Source: an uncultured Candidatus Rokubacteria bacterium (lineage in GTDB: Bacteria > Methylomirabilota > Methylomirabilia > Rokubacteriales > CSP1-6). Taken from it: a stretch of DNA of 64,000 nucleotides. Below, piece after piece: positions 43,182 to 54,238 of the stretch. The notes beneath the pieces were generated by a model. That model ran no database searches and was not told where the DNA came from. It saw nothing but the letters and a program-made list of their open reading frames with translations. The translations under genes were made by a program, and so were the position numbers. Numbering within the stretch: position 1 is the stretch's first letter; every line of letters starts with the position of its first letter. The stretch spans positions 992,001-1,056,000 of the forward strand of contig CAWBMV010000034.1 in assembly GCA_963789955.1 (NCBI GenBank), read 5' to 3'.

Positions 43182-43915
43182 GGGTCAGAGCTCTCCAGCT
43201 CGTGACCGTGATCGTCGGGCTCGGCGCCTGGGAGCTGGCCGCGCGGATGGGCTGGGTCGACCCGCTCTTCGTCCCCGCGCCGAGCGCCATCGCGCCGGCG
43301 CTCGTCAGAATCAGCGGCGGAGCTCTCGCCGGGCTCGCCGATACGCTCGGCAAGACCGCCGTCGCCTACGTGCTGTCGGTGGTGCTCGGCGTCTCCGCGG
43401 GTGTCGCCGTCGGCTCGGTGCGGCTCCTGCGCGACGTCCTGTCCCCGTACGTGATCGCGCTCTACGGGATGCCGAAGATCCTGGTGCTGCCGTGGATCGT
43501 CCTCTTGCTCGGCTACGGCACGACCCCGGCGGTCTTCTACGGCACGCTCCACGGCTTCTTTCCGATCATGGTCCTGGTCATGGGGGCCGTGCGCGACGTC
43601 GACCGGACGCTCGTGACGGTCGCGCGCTCGCTCGGCGCGACGACGTGGCAGCTCTACTGGAAGGTGCTCCTGCCGGCGATCGTCCCGTCCGTGCTGGGCG
43701 GCATGCGTCTCGGCGTCGTGTTCTGCCTGCTCGGCGTCCTCGTGGTCGAGATGTTCGCCGGGGTTCGCGGGATGGGCTACGTGCTGGGCTCCTACGCCAA
43801 CGGTTTTCAGGCGCCCGAGCTGTTCGCGGCGACCGCGCTCGTCTCGGCCGCGTCGATCGCGATCGTCCTGACGCTCGACCATCTGAACGACAAGCTCTCG
43901 CGCTGGCGCGGCTAG
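43178..43915 (+). CDS. NitT/TauT-family ABC permease
   Basis: WE...PAPS, MPKI, ARSLGA, VVEMF...GMG. Confidence 0.9.
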   Translation: MRVRALQLVTVIVGLGAWELAARMGWVDPLFVPAPSAIAPALVRISGGALAGLADTLGKTAVAYVLSVVLGVSAGVAVGSVRLLRDVLSPYVIALYGMPKILVLPWIVLLLGYGTTPAVFYGTLHGFFPIMVLVMGAVRDVDRTLVTVARSLGATTWQLYWKVLLPAIVPSVLGGMRLGVVFCLLGVLVVEMFAGVRGMGYVLGSYANGFQAPELFAATALVSAASIAIVLTLDHLNDKLSRWRG

Positions 43916-44080
43916 CTCTCCGGGCCGGTCCAGGGCTTCCCAGTCACCGCCCAGTTCTTGAACACCGGGCCCTGCCTGGCTGCAACAGCCGCCTTATATT
44001 CCATCGGGTTGCAGCGCACTCGAGACCGCCGTTCGCTGGAATGCGGATTGCTCTTATTCAAGGGCAGGAGGGCAACGGCG

Positions 44081-44299
44081 ATGAGCTCGGATTCCGACGT
44101 GGCGACGGCAACGGAAGTCATGACCGTGTACATGGCGCTCGACGGTGGGCTGCACCACGCCCGCTGCAACCAGCGGCTCTCGCTCCACGGGCAGCGCGCG
44201 GGGCTCGAGCTGGATTTCTACTGCCTCACGTGCACCGAGAGCGTGACGATTCCGTTCTGCGTGGTCGAGCGGATCCCGGTCGCGGATTCGGCCTGCTAG
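44081..44299 (+). CDS. Small hypothetical protein, putative Zn-binding (72 aa)
   Basis: AGGAGG RBS; HxxC...CxxC pattern (HARC, CLTC); host-like codons. Confidence 0.65.
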   Translation: MSSDSDVATATEVMTVYMALDGGLHHARCNQRLSLHGQRAGLELDFYCLTCTESVTIPFCVVERIPVADSAC

Positions 44300-44342
44300 C
44301 GCGACCGGGCCCGTCCGACTTCGATGGACGACTCGCAGCAGA

Positions 44343-44900
44343 TCATTTGGCGATCTTGCTGATCTTCGATCCTTGTAGTCCGGCTCCGGCCATCAGGCCC
44401 TTCTGGTCGAAGATGAGCGCGTAGATGTCTTGCGTCACGGTCGAGCTCGTCGTCGACTTTCCCGCGCCCTCGTCCAGCACGACGATGCTCGGCCCCAGTC
44501 CGACCTCGAAGCCGTCGCTCTTGTCCAGGTAGCTGAGCGCGGACTCGTTCATGAAGAAGAGCGCGTACCCGAACGCCTGAGCGCCCGCCTGCCAGCCGTA
44601 CGACGCCGCCACCGTGTTGTAGTAGCCGACGTTCTTGTTCCCCTTGCGAAGGACGCCCTCGCCGTACTGGGCGCCGAACATGAACCCGGCCTTGTAGATA
44701 CTCGGAAAGATGAGAATCGCCTTGGCCTGAGACGCCAGCTTCTTGGCCTCCGGCTTGTGTGCGTAGAGCTTGGCCAGCACCGCGTTGGCGTCGCGGTTGA
44801 TGTCCGCGGCCGATGCCGCCAGCGCGGGTCGAGTGTTCACCGAGGACGTCGCGGCCAGGGCCACTGCCAGCAGGGCGGCTACGAGCCGTGCTTTCAGCAT
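44343..44900 (-). CDS. Exported SYLF/YSC84-like lipid-binding protein
   Basis: Signal peptide; LIFP.I.KAGF.FGAQYGEGVL, S.G.Q.G.Q, QKGLMAG..LQGSKI. Confidence 0.8.
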   Translation of the reverse strand: MLKARLVAALLAVALAATSSVNTRPALAASAADINRDANAVLAKLYAHKPEAKKLASQAKAILIFPSIYKAGFMFGAQYGEGVLRKGNKNVGYYNTVAASYGWQAGAQAFGYALFFMNESALSYLDKSDGFEVGLGPSIVVLDEGAGKSTTSSTVTQDIYALIFDQKGLMAGAGLQGSKISKIAK

Positions 44901-44967
44901 TGTTCGCTCCCTCCAATCGTGCGCGATGAGATCCGGACGCCCAGCGTCTCCACGGTCCGTCGCTGAC

Positions 44968-45448
44968 CTATTTGACGAGCGGGATGCCGCGCGCGAGCTC
45001 GTAGTTCACGAGGGCCCGAGCCTTGTTCTCGATCTGGTACAGCTTCGCGACCTTCATGCGGCGGCAAGACTCTACTGAAGCGCGGCTGGTACGACGTCAG
45101 TATCGCGACGTGATCGCGCTCGATGGCCAGGTACTGCTTGACGAGGGTCGTCGCCTGCTCGTCGGTCATCGACTGGTACGTCTTGGCGTAGGTGTCGAGG
45201 AATTTCAACACACGGTCGTAGTGACTGACCATGTCGCTCTGATAGGCGTTGTAGACCGGCCAGAATGCCTTGGCCTCGCCTTCGGTGAGCTCGAGCACCG
45301 CGGCCACCACGGCCTTCTTGTCCGCTCGCAGCTTCTCGCGCAGGACTTCCATATCGTCGGCGGGCTTGTCCTGCGCGACGGCCACGCCACCCACGAGACA
45401 GGCGAGGACGCTTCCGAACGCGAACAGATTCCTTCGCGCATACCTCAT
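44968..45448 (-). CDS. Exported helical hypothetical protein (Spy/CpxP-like LT..E..AFWPVY motif; frameshift near 45060)
   Basis: Signal ending AVA-Q; LELTEGEAKAFWPVYNAYQ; the C-terminus MKVAKLYQIENKARA...IPLVK* lies in an adjacent frame. Confidence 0.7.
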
Positions 45449-46420
45449 GGGCCGTTGGCTCCTTTCGGCTGGCTGCGGCACATCGCGGTACGATACCCGA
45501 CCTTCGCGGTCTCCGCTACAGGACCACCGACTCTCCCGTCGAGTGCGGCGACACCGACGTCGCGCGGCTACTCCCCCCGCAGGGTCGGGTCGAGGAGATC
45601 GCGGAGCCAGTCGCCGGTGCGGCTCACCACGATCGAGGTGAGCATGAGCACGATCCCCGGCGCCGTCGAGATCCACCACGCCGAGTCGAGATACTCGCGC
45701 CCCTCTTGCACCATGCCGCCCCACGAAGGCGTCGGCGGCTGGACGCCGAGGCCGAGGAACGAGAGCGTCGCCTCCAGCACGATCGCGCGCGCGAGCTCGA
45801 GCGTGGCGATGACGACCAGCGACGAGAGCACGTTGGGCAGCACGTGCCGGGCGATCACGCGCAAGACCGAGCCGCCGAGCGCGTGGATCGCGTCGACGAA
45901 CTCGCGTGAGCGCAGCACCAGCACCTGCGAGCGGAGCACGCGCGCGTAGGTCACCCAGCCCGACAGCCCGATGACGACGATCAGGGTGGGCAAGCTCGGG
46001 CCGAGCACGGCGATGATCCCGATCGCCAGGAGGATGAACGGGAACGCGAGCTGGGCGTCGGCGAGCGTCATGATCGTGCTGTCGGCCCAGCCCCCGCGGA
46101 ACCCGGCCAGCAGTCCGAGCGAGGCGCCGAGCAGCCCGCCCACGATCACCGCCGCGAAGCCCACCAGCAGGGACACCCGCGCGCCGAAGATCACGCGCGA
46201 GAGGACGTCGCGCCCGAGGTGGTCGGTGCCGAGCAGATGGGCTTTGCCGTCGGCCCCGGCGAACGTAGGCGCCGAGAGCCGGCCCCGGAGGGACTGGCGA
46301 ATGGGATCGGCGGGCGCGATCAACGGCGCGGCCAGCGCCGCCAGGATCAAGAGCGCGACGAACACGGCGCCGCCGATCGCGAGGCCGCGGGTCCGGCGCG
46401 CGCGGCTCGCCGGCGCGCGC

Positions 46421-47348
<928 letters not shown>

Positions 47349-47355
47349 GGGCAAT

Positions 47356-47382
47356 GGGGCGGAGCCTCGCGGGCTCCGCCCC
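47356..47382 (-). other. 11-bp GC-rich hairpin between the binding-protein and permease genes (mRNA stabiliser or partial terminator)
   Basis: GGGGCGGAGCC-TCGCG-GGCTCCGCCCC. Confidence 0.55.
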
Positions 47383-47393
47383 GGGAAACCGGT

Positions 47394-48943
47394 CTACGCG
47401 CGGCGGAACTTGAAGTTGAAGCGACGGATCTCGAGCTGCTGGAGCGGATCCGGCGTCCACTCCACGTACTTCTGAAGGCCGTAGTCCTCGTACGGCTGGA
47501 TCACCGGGACCCACGGGAAGTGCTCGAGGAAGAGCTGCGTCATCTTCTTGTACGCGTCGGCGCGGAACTTCTCGTCGACCGAGAACCGCGCGGCGTTGCC
47601 CAGCTCGTCGAACTCCGGGTGGCGCCAGTAGTCCTGAGGACGCGCCCGGACCGAGGAGCCGCCACATCATGCCGTCCGGATCTCGCAAGGTCGAGGTGGG
47701 ATCCGACCACCAGAGCTCCCTTGAAGCTCTTCTCGCGGATCCGCTGGGCGCGGACCGAATACTCGAGGACCTCGACCTTCGAGTTGACGCCCACGTCGCG
47801 CCACATGGCCTGGATCGCCTCGGCCATCGGCTTGTCGCCGGCCATGTAGCCCACGGTGGTCTCGATGACGATCTCCTCGCCCTTGTATCCAGCCTTCTTC
47901 AGCCGCGCCTTCGCCTCGGCCGGATTGAAGGCCAGCGGCGGCAGCGAGGCGTCGAAGTGATTGTCGCCCTTGGCGATCATGCCGTTCGGCACGACGCCGC
48001 GGCCGCGCCACAGCTCCTTCACGATGGCCTCGCGATCGATGGCCAGCGAGAGCGCCTGCTTCACGAGGGGATTGTCGAGCGGCGGCCGCTTCGAGTTCAC
48101 GGCGAGGACGTAGAGCCCGCCGTAGAGCGCTCCGCTGACCACGCGTGCCGGCATTGCCCTTGACCCGCTCGCCCTGGTCCGGCGGTACCTGCGTGATCAG
48201 GTCGACCTCGCCCTTGAGCAGCGCCGCGACGCGCGGCGCCATCTCGGGCAGCGCCCTCACGATGAGGCGATCGAAATCCGACGCGACCGCCCCAGTAGTC
48301 GGGGTTCGACTCCAGCACGAGCTTGTCGTCCTTCGTCCACGAGACGAAGCGTGTCGGCCCGGTGCCGATCGGCTTCAGGTTGAAGGCGTCCGGGCCGACA
48401 CGTCTCGACGTACTTCTTCGGGATCATCTGACCGCCGTAGAAGCCCAGCCGCGCCGGCAGCAGCGGATCGGGCTTCTTGGTATGGACGACGGCGGTGCCG
48501 GGGTCGGGCGCCTCGACTCGCTCGACCGTCGAGAGGACGGTGGTCACCCGATTGCCCTTGAGGCTGGTATCGAGCGAGCGATCGATGCTGAATTTCACGT
48601 CGGCCGACGTGAAGGGGTCGCCGTTGTGGAATTTGACGCCGGAGCGAAGCTTGAAGACCCACGCCGTCTGGCCCTGGAGCTTCCACTCTGTGGCGAGGCT
48701 CGGCGCGAGCTTGCCGTCAGGGCGCCGGCTCGTCAGGTTGTCGAAGATATTGAACGAGATGCGGATGTCGTTCGACGACGTGCTCAGATGCGGGTCCAGC
48801 GCGGCGATGTCACCGCCCTGCGCGACGACGAGCTCGCGCTTCTGGGTGGTCTGGGCCCGCGCGGGCTGCGGCAACACGGGGAGCGAAGCGGCGGCGCCGG
48901 CTGCCGCGATCTTGAGCACGTCACGTCGAGTCATCTCTGCCAT
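47394..48943 (-). CDS. Peptide/nickel ABC substrate-binding protein (family 5) with Tat signal; several frameshifts
   Basis: TRRDVLK, LDPH, PSLAT.W, F.LR.GVKFHNG.PFT..DVKFS, then AALLKGEVD, KQALSLAIDR, LKKAGY in successive frames. Confidence 0.85.
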
Positions 48944-48974
48944 GGTGGCCTCCTGGTTCGCGGATCAGTGCGGG

Positions 48975-49005
48975 TCTATATGGGGAGCTTTGCCAATCCT
49001 GTCAA
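48975..49005 (-). promoter_or_regulatory. Promoter candidate for the dpp-like operon
   Basis: The minus strand reads TTGACA-N17-CATATAGA ahead of an AGGAGG RBS and the ATG at 48943. Confidence 0.5.
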
Positions 49006-49011
49006 GCGCCA

Positions 49012-49295
49012 CTACGTCGCGGGCGCGGCCTCGGGTTGAGCGAGCGGCGAGCGTCGTACCCGCGCCTGCACGTCGCTGACGACGTCGCGCGCCATTCGTA
49101 TTCGGGGGGATCACGAGGCTCCAGAGGACGTCGAGGGTCACGACTTCTGTGTCGGGCGTGACCGTGGCCCGGGATGAACAGGGGACCGATCGTGAACTCG
49201 GGATTCGGGCGCGAGGCGAGGAAGACCTGACCACACGCAACGTCGGGCGCCGCCGCGGCCAGCACCAGCGCGAGGGTCCAGGCGGCGCGTCTCAT
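49012..49295 (-). pseudogene. Internally deleted paralog of the 49309-50646 membrane protein
   Basis: N-terminus GQVFLASRPNPEFTIGPLF matches GQVFIARQPKPEFTVGPLF; it is joined to DVVSDVQARVRRSPLAQPEAAPAT*, matching the C-terminus DRVLDVQAQVNRSKLTQPGPA*. Confidence 0.75.
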
Positions 49296-49308
49296 CCGCC
49301 CGATTCGT

Positions 49309-50646
49309 TCAGGCCGGCCCGGGCTGGGTCAGCTTGCTCCGGTTGACCTGCGCCTGGACGTCGAGGACGCGGTCGCCGTCGATCTCGATCTCGACCTCGT
49401 GGTGCTCGATGTCCCAGCGGTTCACGGTGGCGAGCCATCCGAACCGGCGGCGGCGATGCGGTACCACGCGACGCCCGCGGTAGACCAGCGTGCGGCGTCC
49501 GGGCTTGCTCAGGCGCTCGCGCTCCTCGGGATCGGGCCCGCAGAGATCGAGCACCTGGGCGTGCGTCGTTTCCCCGGGCGCGATCCGCGCGAGCGCCTCG
49601 CGCGGGACGATCGTGCCGGTCTCGCGCGGCCCCGGCGCTCCGCTCGAGGGCCCGAACTGGATGCGTCCCTGCAGTCGGGCCGCGACGGTCTTGACGAGCA
49701 TCGTGACGAGCGGGCCGGCGAGATTGCCGAGCACGAAGAAGAGCGTCGCGAAGAGGAGCGGAGACCACGCCTTCCAGCCCGTGAAGTACCCGTATTGCAC
49801 CGACAGCACCTGAGGCCGGACGCCCTCGGACGGATCGAGATAGACGGACACGATCTCGGTCGCGCGTCGCGTCTCGCTCGTGCGCCGCTGGCTCGAGCCC
49901 GGATAGACCTCGTGGATCTTCAGATGGTCGGCGTCGGCGAAGTTGACGGTGAGCTGCGAGGGATCGTCGGCCAGGTGGACGACGCGGTCGCGGTACGCCA
50001 GATACATCGGAAAGAGCGCCCGCGTCCGCACGTCGTTGAAGCTCAACGTGAGGATCTGACGCTCGCCCCACAGCGTGTTCTCGAGCCAGGTGGCTCGCTT
50101 CTGTCGCCGCAATCCGGTCAGACGCATCTGGAGCTCGATGAGCCACGTCCGGTCGGCGAGCCGCGGCGTCCACGGGATCCGGATCCAGCTGGCCGGCGTG
50201 CCCTGCCCGAGCGGCCCGGGTTCGCGCGTGTACGTGACGTAGGGAGCGCCGCCGGCAATCCGCTCGGGTTTCGGCCGGTCGCGCCCGACGGCGATCGCGC
50301 GCGCCGTCAGCGGCAACCGTCCTTCACGCTTCACCTCGAAGCCGCGGCCCTCGATGGTCTTGCGGAGCTCGGGATCCGGCGCTCCGGCCACCGCCTCGCC
50401 GTCCACCTCGCCGGGCCACAGAAGGTAGAGGTCTTGCGCGAGCGCGTCGCTCTTGGCCGTGGCCGGCACGACCAGGCCGAACAGCACGCTGACCTCGATC
50501 GGTCCGTGCCCGGGTCCGACGTTGGCCCGCACGAAGAGCGGACCGACCGTGAACTCGGGTTTGGGCTGGCGGGCGATGAAGACTTGCCCGTACGCGGCGG
50601 CCGGCGCCACTGCGAGCGCCAGCACCGCGAGGAGCCGGGCGGCTAA
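49309..50646 (-). CDS. Uncharacterised single-pass membrane protein (about 440 aa) with a possible C-terminal SmpA/BamE-like segment; start codon not resolved
   Basis: Signal ending AYG-Q, about 290-aa soluble domain, TM (PLLFATLFFVLGNLAGPLV), then ARIAPGETTHAQVLDLCGP. Confidence 0.7.
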   Translation of the reverse strand, partial: LAARLLAVLALAVAPAAAYGQVFIARQPKPEFTVGPLFVRANVGPGHGPIEVSVLFGLVVPATAKSDALAQDLYLLWPGEVDGEAVAGAPDPELRKTIEGRGFEVKREGRLPLTARAIAVGRDRPKPERIAGGAPYVTYTREPGPLGQGTPASWIRIPWTPRLADRTWLIELQMRLTGLRRQKRATWLENTLWGERQILTLSFNDVRTRALFPMYLAYRDRVVHLADDPSQLTVNFADADHLKIHEVYPGSSQRRTSETRRATEIVSVYLDPSEGVRPQVLSVQYGYFTGWKAWSPLLFATLFFVLGNLAGPLVTMLVKTVAARLQGRIQFGPSSGAPGPRETGTIVPREALARIAPGETTHAQVLDLCGPDPEERERLSKPGRRTLVYRGRRVVPHRRRRFGWLATVNRWDIEHHEVEIEIDGDRVLDVQAQVNRSKLTQPGPA

Positions 50647-51615
50647 ATCCGAACAGGCGTGAACTCTCGCGTGTAGTGCGCATCGAGCGGAAGCTTCTTC
50701 TTGATCAGGCCGTACTCGAGCAGCGTGTCTTGCATCACGGCCAGCGCTTCCACGTTGATGCTCCCATCGACCGGCAGCAGGGGACCCGAGATCTTGTGCG
50801 CGCCGAGCACGGCCTCCGGGGTCCAGCCGAGCTTCTTCGACACGAGCTGCGCGGCCTCCTTGGGGTTGTCGCGCATCAGCTTGATCGCGCGGAAGAGGGC
50901 CTTCTGGCTCTTCCGGATCGCATCGGCCTGCTTGGCGATCGCGTCCTCCGACGCGTACTGGATCTGGCTGATCCACTTCGGCGTCACCGAGTCCAGGCGC
51001 ATGAGCACCTTGGACTTGCCCTGCAGCTCGGTCACGGCGCCGCCGTCGCCCCAGACGTAGGCGGCGATCTCCTTGCGCGCCATCGCCGCGAGCTGAGCGT
51101 CGAGGCCGCCGAGGCCGACGATCTGCACGTCCTTGTCCGGATCCCAGCCCTCCTTCTTGGCGACCATGCGGGCGAAGACCCACGTGGTCGCGCCCACGCG
51201 GGTGACGCCGATCGTCTTCCCGCGGAGGTCGGCGACCTTCTGAATGCCGGGCGCCACGTTCAGGGTGAAGTGGTTGCCCTCGGTGTGAGTCGCGATCATC
51301 TTGATCGGCGAGCCGGCTTCGCGGAAGACGAAGATGTCGGTGCTGCCGGTGATCCCGATCAGACAGTCGCCCGCCATCACCGCCTTGAGGAGATCGGGGC
51401 CGCCGCGAAAGGGCACGTACTCGGCGGCGAGGCCCTCGGTTTTGAAGTAGCCCTGATCGAGGGCGACGATGACCGGCCCAGCCATCGAGTAGTCGCCGAG
51501 CACGGCACTCCCGATCTTGACCGCGGTCTGCGCGCGAGCGACGCGCGCGAATAGCGGCGTCGCTCCGGTCGCGAGAGCGGTAGCTGAGGAACCGGCGACG
51601 CGTGGTGACGGGCAT
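50643..51615 (-). CDS. NitT/TauT (NMT1/SsuA-like) substrate-binding protein with Tat signal (frameshift near 51560)
   Basis: TRRRFL; A..QGYFK.EGL, GG, DLRGKTIGVT..G. Confidence 0.85.
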
Positions 51616-51765
51616 GGGCGATGGCTCCTTTTGCCTCAAGGGTCGACGCGCCTGGCGGCCTTGACATTCCACCAGCACGCGGTGATCGTACAACTTCGTG
51701 AGTCTCATCGACAATTTGTCGTCTCAGTGTCGTGGGCGAGTCGCGGAACGCGACGGAGCGTCTCG

Positions 51766-52546
51766 ATGACCGAATCACCCGTTACCTACGAAGCACGGGA
51801 CGGAGTCGGCTGGATCACCTTGAACCGACCGGCCGTACTCAACGCGCTGTCCACCGAGCTCGCGAGCGCACTCGCCGAGCACGCGGAGACCGCCGCCGCC
51901 GACCCGCGTGTGATGCAGGTGATCGTGCGCGGCGCGGGGCGCGCGTTCTGCTCGGGCATGGATCGGACCGCGCTCGCCGCGGGCACGATCGGCGAGGCGT
52001 TTTTCCGGCACTGGACCCGTGCGCTCGACTGTCTCGAGGACATGCCGAAGATCACGATCGCCGTCCTGCACGGCTACTCGATCGGCGGCGGCTTGCAGCT
52101 GGCGCTCGGCTGCGACCTCCGGCTCGCCACCGAGGACGCCGTGCTCGGCCTGGGCGCCACGCGCCACGGGCTGGTGCCGGACGGCGCGGTGCTGCGGCTC
52201 GCGCGCGTGATCGGCCTGGGACGCGCCAAGGAGCTGGCGCTCCTGAACGATGACGTGAGCCCGGCCGAGGCGCGGGCGATCGGCCTGATCAACTGGGTGT
52301 GCGCGCCGGCCGACCTCGACCGGACGCTCGCGTCGGTCCTCGAGAAGGCGCGCAGCGCCGGCGCCCACCGCGACCGCCCACACCAAGCGCCTGCTCCACG
52401 CCTCGTTCCACCACGACCCGCGGACGATTCTCGAGGACGTGCTGCGGGCCCAGGCCGACTGCGCCGCGTCGTGGGAGATGGGCGAGGCCAACCAGGCCTG
52501 GCGCGAGAAGCGCGACGCGCGCTTTTATCCGCCCGAGCCCCGGTGA
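51766..52546 (+). CDS. Enoyl-CoA hydratase/isomerase (crotonase) family protein (frameshift near 52360)
   Basis: ITLNRP..LNAL, GAGRAFCSGMD, IGGGLQLALGCDLR; C-terminus to TGA 52544-52546 in the next frame. Confidence 0.85.
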
Positions 52547-52558
52547 GTCGGAGGCCCC

Positions 52559-53355
52559 ATGGCGTACACGGACATCCTCTACGAGAAGAAACGCGGCGTC
52601 GCCTGGATCACGATCAACCGGCCCGAGGTGCGCAACGCGTTCCGCCGACGGACCGTCGACGAGCTGATCGACGCGTTCCGCGACGCGCGCTGGGACCGCG
52701 GCGTCGGCGTCGTCGTGCTCACCGGCGCCGGCGACAAGGCCTTCTGCTCCGGCGGCGATCAGAAGGAGCGCGGCGAGGGCGGCTACGCGCGGCGCGGCCG
52801 GCGCGGCGAGCATCGGCCGATCGACGTCGCGGCGCTGCACAGCGTGATCCGCAACATCCCGAAGCCGGTGATCGCCATGGTGAACGGCTACGCGATCGGC
52901 GGCGGCCACGTGCTGCACGTGCTCTGCGATCTCTCGATCGCCGCCGACACCGCGATCTTCGGCCAGACCGGGCCGCGCGTCGGCAGCGTCGATCCGGGCT
53001 TCGGCACCGCCTACCTCGCGCGCGTCGTCGGCGAGAAGAAGGCGCGCGAGATCTGGTACCTCTGCCGCCAGTACTCGGCGCAGGAGGCGCTCGCGATGGG
53101 ACTCGTCAACAAGGTCGTCCCGCCGCGGAGCTGCGCGCCGAGGTCGAGACGTGGTGCGCGCGAGCTGCTCGAGAAGAGCCCGACGGCGCTCACGCTCGCC
53201 AAGCACTCCTTCAACGCCGACACCGACCACGCGCGCCGGCATGGCGCAGTTCGGAGCACGCGCTCGAGCTCTACTACCAGACCGCCGAGGCGAAGGAAGG
53301 ACGCAACGCGTTCGTCGAGAAGCGGCCCGTCGATTTCAAGAAGTTCCGAAAATGA
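52559..53355 (+). CDS. BadI/MenB-family crotonase (2-ketocyclohexanecarboxyl-CoA hydrolase-like); frameshifts at about 53120-53235
   Basis: [63 protein letters not shown]. Confidence 0.85.
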
Positions 53356-53492
53356 CAAAAGGGGCAGGACGAGTCGGCCCGGTGTCGTCAGGCTGACACC
53401 CCGGCGGGTGCGGCCGAACGCCGATAGGCCGAGCTTTTCAACGATCTAAGCCGCCTCCGCGACCTGGCAGGGGGATTGCCCCATCGAGGGAC

Positions 53493-53747
53493 ATGACGTG
53501 GCGAGCGATCATGTCCTTCGTGGTGACGCCGGCCGCGCTCGCGCTGGTCGCGGCTCTGGCGCTCGGCGCGGTCGTCGCGACCGGCGAGGATTCCACGGTG
53601 CGTCCGGCGGTTCTGGTCGGCGACGATCTGCTTCGCATCTTCCAGGAAGGCAAGGACGCCGCCGAGCAGGCGGACCCGCCCGAGATCAGTCTCGGCACCG
53701 CGTTCGACCCGCAGCCGCCGCCGCCGACTCCGTCGGACTACCGATAG
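53493..53747 (+). CDS. Small hypothetical exported/membrane protein
   Basis: GAGGG RBS, hydrophobic N-terminus, Pro/acidic tail. Confidence 0.45.
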   Translation: MTWRAIMSFVVTPAALALVAALALGAVVATGEDSTVRPAVLVGDDLLRIFQEGKDAAEQADPPEISLGTAFDPQPPPPTPSDYR

Positions 53748-53779
53748 CGCCCCCCTCGATGTAGACTGCCGCCCGGCAC

Positions 53780-54035
53780 ATGGCCGGGCTCCTCTCCCGC
53801 TACTTCGCCTTCAGAGAGCGATCGACCGATCTCGCGGACCGAGGTTCGCGCGGGTGTCACGACGTTCACCTGGTCGATCACCAACGGCGATCGGCGCGGG
53901 ATTCGTCACGTACACCGCGATCAAGCTGCGACGCGGGCGCGGCCACCAGTTGAGCTGGATGGTCTACCTCGCGTGCGCGGCGTTCATCGTGTACTTCTGC
54001 CTGCCGTTGATCGAGGGCGCCGGCCAAGTGGGGGA
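53780..54035 (+). pseudogene. Internally deleted NCS2/AzgA-type nucleobase permease
   Basis: MAGLLSRYFAFRERSTDL.TEVRAGVTTF (family N-terminus) fused directly to TWSITNG.GAGFVTYTAIKL..GRG..LSWMVY (family C-terminus). Confidence 0.75.
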
Positions 54036-54103
54036 GCCGGTGCGCGCGCGGCGTTCCACCAGGGGACACGCGTCGCGTAAGTCCTCGTTATCCCGGCAAT
54101 TTC

Positions 54104-54133
54104 TTGACACAACCGCCACGCTTCGGCTAGACT
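54104..54133 (+). promoter_or_regulatory. Sigma70-type promoter of the ligase/ABC operon
   Basis: TTGACA (54104-54109)-N18-TAGACT (54128-54133). Confidence 0.65.
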
Positions 54134-54238
54134 CGCGCCACCGGGAGCGGGTCTGCGCGCCGGGGCTCGAGCCGGCATGGGCCCGCTCGGATCTGCCCTC
54201 CCTCGAGGCAGTAAACCCTGACTGATCGCGGAGGCGAA

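Noticed and set aside
49309..51714. 801-aa minus-strand ORF as a single protein
   Set aside because: Its first ~355 residues are an off-frame reading of the NitT/TauT binding-protein gene.
52559..53355. Calling this gene menB
   Set aside because: No other men genes in the window and the motifs lean towards BadI; left without a symbol.
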